The notes beneath the pieces were generated by a model, which made no database searches, was not told the origin of the DNA, and was given only the letters and a program-made list of their open reading frames with translations. This document shows, in pieces, positions 49,876 through 59,750 of a stretch of 64,000 nucleotides of DNA. Positions within the stretch are counted from its first letter, which is position 1; each line of letters begins with the position of its first letter. The stretch comes from Azolla caroliniana (lineage: Eukaryota; Plantae; Polypodiophyta): contig JBHGNT010000001.1 of NCBI GenBank assembly GCA_043228905.1, positions 5,704,001-5,768,000 on the forward strand, read 5' to 3'. A program made the position numbers and the translations under genes.

Positions 49876-52800
49876 TCAGTCACCCCGTTTGCTCGACGGA
49901 TTCCGCCCCTCGCGTACCACTTGTGTTCTATCTCCGACTCGATCCTCTCTTCGTCTCGAACACCTCGTGCCGATTCCCTCTGTTCCGCGCTCACCTTTCG
50001 TAGGCTCTTTCCGTGTGCCCTTGTTGTCTCCCGAACATGCGCTCATTCTTCGGTCCCTCGGTGACCTCATTACGCGCTCCTCGCTTCTCCCTCGCTCGCC
50101 GTGCTCTCTCGTCGTAGAGCATACCATCATCCCGACCACCATGTCAGTGTCCTTCGCGACTCCCGTTACCGCCTCATCCCGTCTCTCGTCCTCTTGGCCC
50201 GCTTGGCCTCGCATGCCTTCCGAGATGCCGCGCTTCCGTAGCCCGTTGCTCTCCACGCACCTCCTCCAGTTCTCAAGACATAGCCTTCCATGCTCGCCGA
50301 TCATCCTCATGCTTGTCGTTCGACCCTTACGCGGCCACATCGCACGTCTCGCACTCCGCTCCGCTCTGTGTACCCTTTCGAAAAGGTACGTTGCTTTCCC
50401 GACATCCGTGTCGGTGCTCTCGTCTTCGGTGTCCTCCACAACCTCCGATGTTGCCGCTTCGCCCCGAGGTACACCCTCTTGGTCCGCCTCGCATGTCCTC
50501 CAAATGCGCTCCGGATCTCTCCGGTCGCACTCCAGTTTCCGCCCTTTGCGTGCCGCTCCTTTGGTTTTATCGTCTCCGCATGTCGAACACCTCGGTGTGT
50601 CAACTCTTCCCGCTCCGCTCTTGCCTTCCGTAGGCTCTTCCCATGCGTCGATGTTGTCCCCCGAATATGCGCTCATTCTTTGGCCCTTAGGCGGCCCCAC
50701 TCCGCATTCCTTCCCTCTCCTTTGCCCGTCGTGCTCTCTCACCGTAGAGCGTACCGTCATCCCAACCTCCGTGTCGGTGTCCCTCGAGGCTCTCGTTATC
50801 GCCTCGCCTCGACTTGCACCCTCTTGGCTCGCTTGGCCTTGTATGCCCTCCGGGAAGCCGCCACGTTTTCTCTTCCCGGTGTGTACCCCGTTGTTCTCCG
50901 CGCATCCCCTCCATTTTCCCAGACACAATCCTTCGTTCACGCCGATCACGCCCGTCTCGTTCTGTCGATCTTGGCGTCTCGTCGCACCGCCCGTCGTCCC
51001 GCGCTTGCCTCTCGAAGGCTTTCTCCGACCTTCATCGTTGGTCACTCGTTGTGGATCTTCTGGGTGCATGCTTGCTTCTTGGCCCTTCGCCGGCCGTAGT
51101 ACACGCTCTGTTCTACGCCGTAATGCATGCTTCGTGTTACACGCTTCCCTCGTTGTAGTCCCGACCTCCGCGTCGGCCTCTTCGTATTTCGTTGCCGTAG
51201 CCCCTTTCGACTCCGGCCTTCCGTCTTGGCCGTGCTCATCCGCCTTCACGCACCGGGTACCCGTTCCGGTAGCCTCGTCCGTTCCGGTCTCCGACTCCTC
51301 GCCGCCTTCCGCCGTCTCTTTGGTCTTACGTCGATCCGCAACCGCCAAAGTCTCAAGAATAGGTGAGGAGGGTCCCTCTTGCTCTTGGCCTCCCACCGAG
51401 TCGTACTCCTTGTGCATGCTTGGCCTCCTTCTCGTGCTCACCAGCTCCCACCGGGTGTTGTGGCCCATTCGCCCGGATCGGTCTCGGCCGATCGAGTCCC
51501 GGTTTGGTCGGCTCCCTTCCGTAATCGTAACCGGCCGGTACATGTTTGTCCGAACAAATCCAGCCTTGCCGGCTCTTCTTCGGTTCGGGCCCGGTTGACC
51601 GGACCCCGCTCCAATCTTCTTCCGCGTCATCTTCCGGTCGTGTCGGATTATCGACCGGTTCATTTTCCGGTCGGTTCGGTTCCCGACTCTCTCCTCTTTG
51701 CCACTCCCGACCTCTCCGTCGGTCCTCTCGTATATGCCCGTTCCGGGCCTCGCATCCTCATCTTCGTACGTGTTCGCTCCGGGCCACGCCTCCTCACGGC
51801 CACCGCCCTTCTCTCCGGTCTTATGTTGGCATTCGAGCGCAACCGCCGTAATCTCCGGTCTCGGTGTCGAGAGGTCTTGCCTCCGTCCGCTATGACCTTC
51901 CTCGTCATCGTTTCGATCGTCCGCTTTGCCACCGCCACCTTCCGTCTCTCTGGTCTCACGTGGGCTCTCGGGGCCGACCGCCGAAGTCTCTAGAATAGGT
52001 GTTGGAAAAGTCCCGGTACCGTTACTCGTCGATGCCATGTTCGTAGCCACCTTCGTTTGGATGCCGTGGTCCGTGGCTATCTCTTTCTCGTTCTCCTTGC
52101 CGTTGTCTTGGTTGCCCGCCTTGCCGCCGCCACCGCCCGTCGCTCTAGGTCTCACGCCGGCACTCGGGCCGACCGCCGGAGCCTCTAGGACCGGTGTGGG
52201 TAAGGACCCAGCACCGCCGCTTGTCTCCTCCCCACTCGACGTTTCGGGCCGCCATGTCCCGAATCCGTAGTTACCGGCCTCCATGGCCGTCCCTTCACCG
52301 CAAGGCAAGAGGGTCGCTTGCTCCGCACCCTCTCCCATGTTGCCGTCTTCTACGTCTAGGGAGGCTTCTTCGTCCGCATCCTCTGATCGCCTCCGCCCCG
52401 ACTCCATAACAAGCCCTTCTTCGGCTCCGATTTTCGCCTTCACAAGCTCACATGCCTCTCGTATTAGTGCGTCTAGGTCGAGCTCCTCCGAACTGTTTTG
52501 CGTTGAGCTCTCTTTCGACAGTAGTGCGTACTCACTCGCCGCTCTCTCTTCTCTACCGCTTGTGGGCCACGTTGTTGCCGACCGCTCCCCATTGGGTTTC
52601 CGGCATACCCACTCCGGTTTCGAGTATCCGTACGCTTCCAATAGGGCTACCTCCAAGGATACCCACGACTCGTGAGCTTCTCGTAGCTCCTTGACCTCCT
52701 TGTGCACCGATGCGGCCGCCACTCGAGGAAAATACTCTAGCCGCATCTCCTCGTCCACGCCCCCTTTCGCCATCTCGGCCTTGTAGGCTCCCAAAAATTT

Positions 52801-52950
52801 TGGGACCTCATTCCCATTGAACCGGCCGACTCGATCGACCACCCTTTCGACAGCTTGTTGAGCCGCATCTCGCTTCGCCATCTTCCGTCCGGCTTCCATC
52901 ACAATTTTTGCCATCATCTCCTCGAAGTCGAAGTCTTCTTCCATCTCCAT
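49876..52950 (-). CDS. 1024-aa ORF of element E: Gag N-terminal domain (~110 aa) fused to a long G/E/R/T-rich internally repetitive region of unknown function
   Basis: ATG 15 nt after the PBS; VDRVGRFNGNEVPKFLGAYKAEM...ESWVSLEVALLEAYG aligns with Gag of C and H; no stop for 3075 nt. Confidence 0.65.
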   Translation of the reverse strand: MEMEEDFDFEEMMAKIVMEAGRKMAKRDAAQQAVERVVDRVGRFNGNEVPKFLGAYKAEMAKGGVDEEMRLEYFPRVAAASVHKEVKELREAHESWVSLEVALLEAYGYSKPEWVCRKPNGERSATTWPTSGREERAASEYALLSKESSTQNSSEELDLDALIREACELVKAKIGAEEGLVMESGRRRSEDADEEASLDVEDGNMGEGAEQATLLPCGEGTAMEAGNYGFGTWRPETSSGEETSGGAGSLPTPVLEAPAVGPSAGVRPRATGGGGGKAGNQDNGKENEKEIATDHGIQTKVATNMASTSNGTGTFPTPILETSAVGPESPRETRETEGGGGKADDRNDDEEGHSGRRQDLSTPRPEITAVALECQHKTGEKGGGREEAWPGANTYEDEDARPGTGIYERTDGEVGSGKEERVGNRTDRKMNRSIIRHDRKMTRKKIGAGSGQPGPNRRRAGKAGFVRTNMYRPVTITEGSRPNRDSIGRDRSGRMGHNTRWELVSTRRRPSMHKEYDSVGGQEQEGPSSPILETLAVADRRKTKETAEGGEESETGTDEATGTGTRCVKADEHGQDGRPESKGATATKYEEADAEVGTTTREACNTKHALRRRTERVLRPAKGQEASMHPEDPQRVTNDEGRRKPSRGKRGTTGGATRRQDRQNETGVIGVNEGLCLGKWRGCAENNGVHTGKRKRGGFPEGIQGQASQEGASRGEAITRASRDTDTEVGMTVRSTVREHDGQRRGKECGVGPPKGQRMSAYSGDNIDAWEEPTEGKSGAGRVDTPRCSTCGDDKTKGAARKGRKLECDRRDPERIWRTCEADQEGVPRGEAATSEVVEDTEDESTDTDVGKATYLFERVHRAERSARRAMWPRKGRTTSMRMIGEHGRLCLENWRRCVESNGLRKRGISEGMRGQAGQEDERRDEAVTGVAKDTDMVVGMMVCSTTREHGERGRSEERVMRSPRDRRMSACSGDNKGTRKEPTKGERGTEGIGTRCSRRREDRVGDRTQVVREGRNPSSKRGD

Positions 52951-52965
52951 GCTCCCTTGCCGCAC

Positions 52966-52983
52966 TTCACGTCGGGTTCACCA
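52966..52983 (-). promoter_or_regulatory. Primer-binding site, tRNA-Trp (element E)
   Basis: TGGTGAACCCGACGTGAA, an 18-nt complement of the recalled tRNA-Trp 3' end including CCA. Confidence 0.8.
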
Positions 52984-54793
52984 AATATGTCGCGTTGTTA
53001 CGCGCGTGCGTGTAGAAGGGGCGAGACCACGGGGGTCTTGGACTAGGGAGTGGAGGAGAAAGAATAGGACATGATATGGAGGCTTAGCTCAAGAGGAGAA
53101 GAGGAAAGAATAAGACCACGACATAGAAGGAGAGATCGGCGGAGGCAAGATGTTCAACAAGTTATGTTAAAACAACGAATGGTTACAACAATGATGGCCG
53201 CCCTGGCCGCACCCAAAAATGACTATCTCAAAAACCCTCAAGGAAAACCCCAGAAGAAAGACTAACCGAAACCCTAACCCTAAAACGAAATGGGAAGAAG
53301 GAGAACCCTAGACTAAGTGGTATACCTTACTCACACAAAATAGGCAACCCTTCATAAGTGACCCCTCCCTTCCTTTTATAGCCCAAGGAGGGAGGGACCT
53401 TACAATGTGGGATAAAATTTCCCCTCTCTTTCTATACACCATATCCTAGTTTACATGTGCACATGTAGCACACCACCAACTTGGCCTTCCCACCCCGGTT
53501 TCCGCCTATGGACGAAAATCTTCACGACAACGGACCACGAGTTCTTGAAATATTTCTATGACCAACAAGACCTGAAAGGTCCGAAGGCACGATGGGTTGA
53601 TCTCATCTAGGACTTTGATTTTTCCCTACGATATCGTAAAGGTTCCATGAACACTGTCGTAGATGCACTAAGTCGCATCCGTAAAGTTAACATGCTTAGC
53701 TTCACTGAAATAACATCAGATCTTTATTATCACCTTTGAGGAAAGTGTCCTGATGACAGTTATTCTGCAAAATACTGGGCAAGAGTTGAGTTTGGAAGAA
53801 CACCACCACATCCTCGAAGGAATCCTTCCACATTGCTAATGGTCTGCTCTACCGTAATAAGAAGGTTTGTGTTCCAAATTTTCCCAAGTTCAAAAAGAGA
53901 ATTCTTTTTGAATGCCATGATGCACCCTCAGTAGGGCACCCTGGAATATATCGTACACTCGTTCTAATCTCCACTCAATTCTATTGACCTAAGATGCATC
54001 CTGACATACATAGCTATGTGATTAAATGTCACCAATGTCAGGTTAACAAAGCCGAGCGACTTAAAGCTATAGGACTGGGAAAGTATATCCATGGATTTTA
54101 TTCTTAGCCTTCCTCGCACCCAAAAAGGCCATGATGTCATTTGGGTTGTGGTTGATAGACTAACTAAAATGGTAAGATTTATTGCTACTAAAACCACGAC
54201 AACAACTCCTGAATTGGCTTACCAATTCGTTGACGAGTTATTTCGTTTTTATGGGTTACCGATGGATATCGTGAGTGATCGAGATCCAAAATTTATTAGT
54301 GACTTCTGGATGCAAGTCTTTAAGAATTTAGAAACTACGTTGAGCATGAGCTCCACGAATCATCCTCAATCCCATGAATAGACAAAACGAGTTAATCAAA
54401 TTATTGAGGACATGCTTCGAGCATACGTTGGTGCAAAACCAACAAAATGAGAACTTCATCTCCCAATTTTGGAGTTTGCTTATAACATCTCTAAGCATAC
54501 GTCGATGAGATATAGTCCTTTTATATTGATGTATGGTTTTCAGCCACGAGCCCCGATTGATGTTAATATACATCATGATGAGTTGCGAAGTACGCAAAGC
54601 TTTCTTTAGGATATGCAAGATATGTTGCATATTACACGAGATAATATAAAAGCAACTCACGATAAAGCGCATTTTGACGCCGATCATAACATGCAACCTC
54701 GTGTATTCAACCCATGGACAGAAGGTATTTTTACGTGTACCTCACAATTCTAAGAGATTGTCTACGGGTAAGTGCGCTAAGTTAGCCCCACAA

Positions 54794-55041
54794 TGTCGTG
54801 TTGTTATGCGTGTGTGTGGAGAACGAGGCGGGACCACGGGGCCTTGGACCGAGAAATAACCGAATGAGAAGAGGGGAAGGAAACTACCAACGTAATCCGC
54901 ACGCGCATGGACACACAGATTCGCAAGAGTTGCAACTAACTCCGAACAATGGGGACAAAATGAATGTAAGTGTATATATATATCAATGAGTTACAACCAG
55001 CAAGCCGGCAAGTGAAAGGCTCCAACGCCTGCACACACACA

Positions 55042-55083
<42 letters not shown>

Positions 55084-55442
55084 ACACGACATGGAGACTC
55101 TACCAGAAGCACTCGGGCGTTCCGCGGAGCAGAGTCAGCCTCCAGAAAACCTGCAGAGAACGATTATCGAGAAGAGAGAGGAGAAGAGCTCGGTTCCAGC
55201 CCGACAACACCTCGACCTCTCCAAAACGCGACCCCCCCCCCCTTTCTGTTTTTAATAGCTCTCCCTCTCCTTTATAGCCCAAGGAGGGAGGCCGTTACCA
55301 CCTGTTACATCATGTTTATTCCCTGTCCTTTCGGACATGGATATGCCTCGATTCTCCCCCTACTGAATGCGTGCTACCTAGGATTTCGCCTCAGCAGATT
55401 TGTACCTACCTACATACTATACAACAAAACTTGTGCCCACAT
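54794..55442 (-). mobile_element. LTR of the tRNA-Trp-primed family (element G), interrupted near its 5' end by element H
   Basis: Begins with the reverse complement of the family U5 end (TGTCGTGTTGTTATGCG...GGCGGGACCAC); body resembles the C LTR. Right boundary is inferred. Confidence 0.7.
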
Positions 55443-56201
55443 TGTTGCAGTGTATTCCACACACTACGTGAAAACCATAAAATAATATATCCGATTTTAG
55501 ATACATATAAATAAATAAATAATATATCAAAATATTTATCACGTGCATAAGGTAAGATTCAAACCCTATACCTCCATGTAGCCAAACCTCAACTTTACCA
55601 TTATGCTACCTTATCTTTAGTGTTCTACAAATAGATTTAATAACTATAAGTGCTTTATTTGTGCTACCTTTATTAAAAGGTAAATCATGCATTTTTAGAG
55701 TGCGTGAATATTTTATTGAAAAACGCAAGCAACTAAAAAGTGACTCATGCACATCTAGCGTGCATGAGCACTATATTTAGCAAATAAAAGCAAGGATTAG
55801 AAAAGCATCACATGCACATTTAGTGTGCATGAACATATTAGAAAAAACCATGTAGCTATGCTTAGTCTCTCCCATCACTATATAAGGATGGGGAGCACAT
55901 TGTAGTTTTTGTTGATTATTTTTCTATAATGATCAATCAATCTAAAATATTCGTGGGATTCACGAATTTGCTAAAATAATTCTCTCTTACTACCTAAATA
56001 TTGACTAAATATACCAAACTCGTGGGATTCACAAGATTCTTATCTTATAACTCTTTATACCTATTCTTTACTAGCCTTATTTGTATTTTTCTTCCTCCTA
56101 GTCCAAAACCTCGGCGGTTCCAACCCAACTCACGCAACGATCCGGAGCCGAAACGCACGACACAGTTGGTGAACCCGACGTGAGAACCGGGTGGCAAGGA
56201 G

Positions 56202-58244
56202 ATGGAAAATCAACCGGAGGCTAGCAACATGATGATGATGTTCGAGCGCATGCTACAAGAACAACGCACGATGTCGAAGATAGCGACATCAGTGGAGCGG
56301 CTCGTGCAACGAAACAGGCAATTCAACGGGAAAGACGTGTCGCGGTATCTTCGGGACTACAAGGCGGAGATGCTACGGTGCGGAATATTGGAAGGACTGC
56401 AAGTGACGTCCTTCTACCGGGTGGCGACCGACGGGCTTCAAGCAAGCATCCATAGGCTACGACAACAAAATCCGACATGGGAGGCGTTTGAAGAAGAGCT
56501 AAAGAGGACGTTCGCCATTGAGGATTCCTCCAAGGCGACGCGAAGGGGATTCGAAGATTGGGTGGAGACGCCGGACAAGGGATTGAAGGTCGTTGACGTG
56601 TTTTCGGCATTTGAAAGCCGGTTCGGGAGGTTGTCAGCGAGAGATCAAGCTATCCTCGTACCAGACAAGGTGATCATGTTCTTGCGAGCCGTGGACGTTC
56701 GGGACTGGAAAGATCTCGGAGTGCTCTTGGAAGACACGACCACGGAGAGTGGCCTCACCGAAACATGGGAAAGCGTGCGGGATATCGTCGTGCGATACAC
56801 GAAGAGGGGGCAATGGCTTGCCAACGAGGAAAAGAGGGTTTCGGAACCAATTCCGAAACCGAGAACCGGATTGGAAGACCATCAACCGAGGGCTCGGGAG
56901 ACTACAACCGAGAAGGGGATTGATGGACCTACGGTGGAGCAACTATTGAAGGAGATGGAGAATCTGAAGATCGCGATGGTGAAGAAGTCGGATGACCGCC
57001 CCACAAGCTCCAAGTATACGGACCGACGGTGCATATGGTGCGATAGCGCCGAACACGATCGGAGGGATTGCGACGAGCATAAGGAGGCACTACGGCGGGA
57101 TCTCATCTACTACGAGGGAAACTAGATTCATTCGATGGACTCTCGGAAGCCACTCCGACCGAACTTCCGGAAAGGCGGCATGAAGAAGGTGCTCGAGGAG
57201 GAATTGGCGGCAAGAAGCAACTATGCGACAACTACGGGAATATGTGTCGGGGAGTCATCGAGAGCAAAGACGTCTTTTTGGCCGGAAGTTCTAGAAAACA
57301 CCGAGAAAACCGACTCCAACGAGATCCGAAGCACCGCGGAAGGCGTCCGGGAAGCTACGGGATGGGAGTGCCCTATCGACAAGAATAGCGTATACGCCCT
57401 GTGTCAATTGCATAAGGTGTATGTGGACGAGAAACGACGACGCACGGAGGATGCGGGCGGGCCATCGAAGCTACCGGAAAGCTGGAACTCCGGAGGTAAG
57501 GGAAAAGAAAAGGCGACTCCGGCATTCAAGCTCGCCTCGGACATAGAACAACAAACCGACTTGAAAAGAGTGTTCGAGGAAAGGATCTTGGATAGCCGGG
57601 TAGATTTCTCGCTTCGGGAGCTACTCGGAATAGCAAAGAAGGAGTTCCACGATCTTCTCGTGGATCTCGTGAAGCGAAAAAGACAAAGTACGGAGGAAAA
57701 TGCTCCAAGGGTGAATGCGAACACCGTTTTAATGAACGACACTGAAGTGGAGGACGAAATTCCGAACTCCCACTATACAAGGCCACATTGGGCACACGCG
57801 ACTAAGGAGACTCCGGTCCGAATCGGCAACATCAAAGAACCCGTGCTAGCATTGATTGATCACGGATCGGAGATCAACTTGATGTCCAAGGAGTTCTACC
57901 GGAAGGGGAAGTGGCCTATTAACACCAATCATGGATGGAAGATTCGGGCGGCCACCAAAGCAACGAAAGATCTATTTGCGGCTTGTCCGGATGTGACGGT
58001 GAAGATCGGGGATGTCGAGATCGACCAAAATTTCTTCGTGCAAGATGAGGTTTCACATTCCGTCATCCTCGGCCAACCCTTTATCACGGCATCACGGATG
58101 GAGACGAAGGTGCTCGATAGCGGTGCGGCTTTTGCGCGAATTCAGAGCCAAAACGGTGGGAAATCCGTCCAATTCCTAACGGTGCCGGCAAATCACGAAA
58201 GGAACAAGAGGGAACTCTTGTCCCAAGTGAGAATGGATTTTTAA
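56202..58244 (+). pseudogene. gag-protease of element H (one in-frame TAG at 57123-57125)
   Basis: QFNGKDVSRYL, CIWCDSAEHDRRDC, ALIDHGSEINLM, VILGQPF; ends ATG GAT TTT TAA. Confidence 0.87.
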
Positions 58245-58298
58245 AGTGGACTGTTGCGGAGTGGGGAAGTGATAGTCCGAGAAGCCCTGATACCCCAC
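58235..58298 (+). promoter_or_regulatory. Predicted -1 programmed ribosomal frameshift signal (G_GAU_UUU, 6-nt spacer, H-type pseudoknot)
   Basis: The -1 frame is open from the site into RT; stems GGACTGTTGC/GTGATAGTCC and GTGGGG/CCCCAC; equivalent structure at 23900-23965. Confidence 0.75.
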
Positions 58299-59750
58299 AC
58301 AGGAAGAAAACTCTCGGAGCAAAACATGTACGAATCGGTCCGGATGGGGCATCTACGTACACGACCGTAACCGGAGGATTGAAGAAAGGATACCAACAAG
58401 TGGAGGATAAGTTGCGGTCGGCATCAATAATAAAAGAAGATGAGGAAATCATGGGGATAGTCGAAGAAGTGTTCTATGGGAGCACGCTACAACGACTTGA
58501 AGAGCTTGCGGAAGATAAAAGCCAAGGGATCCGGGTAGTCCCGGTGGAATCGGTCGAGATGTACGAGATCATTGCGAAAATGGAGCCGGATACGCTCCGC
58601 AAAGAAGAAGCAATGGTAAATACGAAATACAAGACCGTGGAGAAGAAGGTGAAACCGGCCGCGGGACCACTACCCGCCGATAGCGAACAAAAGAGGAAAG
58701 AAGTCTCGGGAGATCCGACACTTCGGAAGTCCGTGGATATCGGACATGCCTTCACGGATGAGACCCGGAAGAAACTTCGGATCGGTGGAGGTGGGTTCCT
58801 ATTACAAAAAGAAGAAGAACGGTTTCGCGAGATGTTGGAGCAACACGGCAAAGCGTTTGCATTTACATCAAGGGAGATAGGGTGCGTCGATTCGAGAATA
58901 GTGGAGCCGATGGTGATCTTCACGATTGACCATGTACCGTGGAACTTGAAGCCGATTCCGGTGCCACGAGCGCATATTCCGAAAGTCATTGACTTGCTCA
59001 AGGAGAAGGCGGCGATGGGGATTCTAGAGCCATCAACTACTCCGTACTCAAATCGATGGTTTACGGTTCCGAAGAAGAATGGGTCACTCCGATTTATCCA
59101 AGACTTGCAACCGGTGAATAAGGTCACGATCCGGAACTCGGGAGTTGGTCCGATAGTGGACGAATTTGTGGAAGCTTTTGCCGGTCGTGCGATATACTCC
59201 ATCGGAGACCTATACTCAGGGTATGACCAATTCCAACTAGCCGTGGAGAGCCGAGACATCACAACCATGCGAACACCGTTAGGATTAGTCTGAATGTGCA
59301 CACTACCACAAGGAGCGACAAACTCGGTTGCTCATATGATGAACGCGATGAACAAGGTGCTTCGAGACTGCATTCCGGAGATAACGATGCCGTTCCTCGA
59401 TGACATTCCGATGAAAGGATGCGCGGTAGAAGAAAAAGATGAGACTATGGATGATCGGGGATGCCGAAAGTTCGTGGTCGACCATACTCATGATTGCGAG
59501 AAAGTGTTGCGAAAGCTAGAAGATGTGCACCTAACACTTTCCGGGGAGAAATCGGCATTTGGGCAAGAAGAAATATTGGTGGTCGGACATCTATGTGGGC
59601 CCTACGGCCGAAGACTGTCACCAACAAAGATCGATGCGATTCAAGCTATGGAGGAAATATGCGAGTCAACATCCGAAGTCCGAAGGTTTCTCGGTGCATG
59701 TGCATTCTATCACATATGGATTCCGCACTATGCACATATAGCGGACCCAC
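58239..59750 (+). pseudogene. Reverse transcriptase region of element H
   Basis: RFIQDLQPVN, DLYSGYDQ, LPQGATNS, PFLDDIPMKG; one in-frame TGA at 59291-59293; cut by element I. Confidence 0.88.

Larger units (their letters stand above)
48996..53529 (-). mobile_element. Intact non-autonomous tRNA-Trp-primed LTR element E (4534 bp); LTRs 52988-53529 and 48996-49537
   Basis: Two 542-bp LTRs (about 9 differences by eye); PBS 52983-52966; PPT GGTGGGGGTGGA; perfect 4-bp TSD ACGG; no PR, RT, RNase H or integrase motifs. Confidence 0.95.
46730..54793 (+). mobile_element. Decayed chromoviral Ty3/gypsy element L (same family as K), interrupted by E and cut by G
   Basis: Degenerate zinc knuckle CVFYKKKGHTKEQC, protease remnant GSSHNFV, RT FLDDIV, RNase H ETDASDYAIG, integrase MDFI..SDRDPKF; colinear with the reverse complement of K. 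No 5' LTR found. Confidence 0.85.

Noticed and set aside
49889-51598. 569-aa ORF antisense to the element E ORF, and many similar overlapping ORFs in B, C, H and I
   Set aside because: GC-rich, purine-skewed sequence has few stops on either strand; no motifs, no ATG start, and the ORF is not preserved in sister I.
52966-52983. tRNA-like sequence
   Set aside because: Only the 18-nt primer-binding complement; no cloverleaf, so not a tRNA gene.
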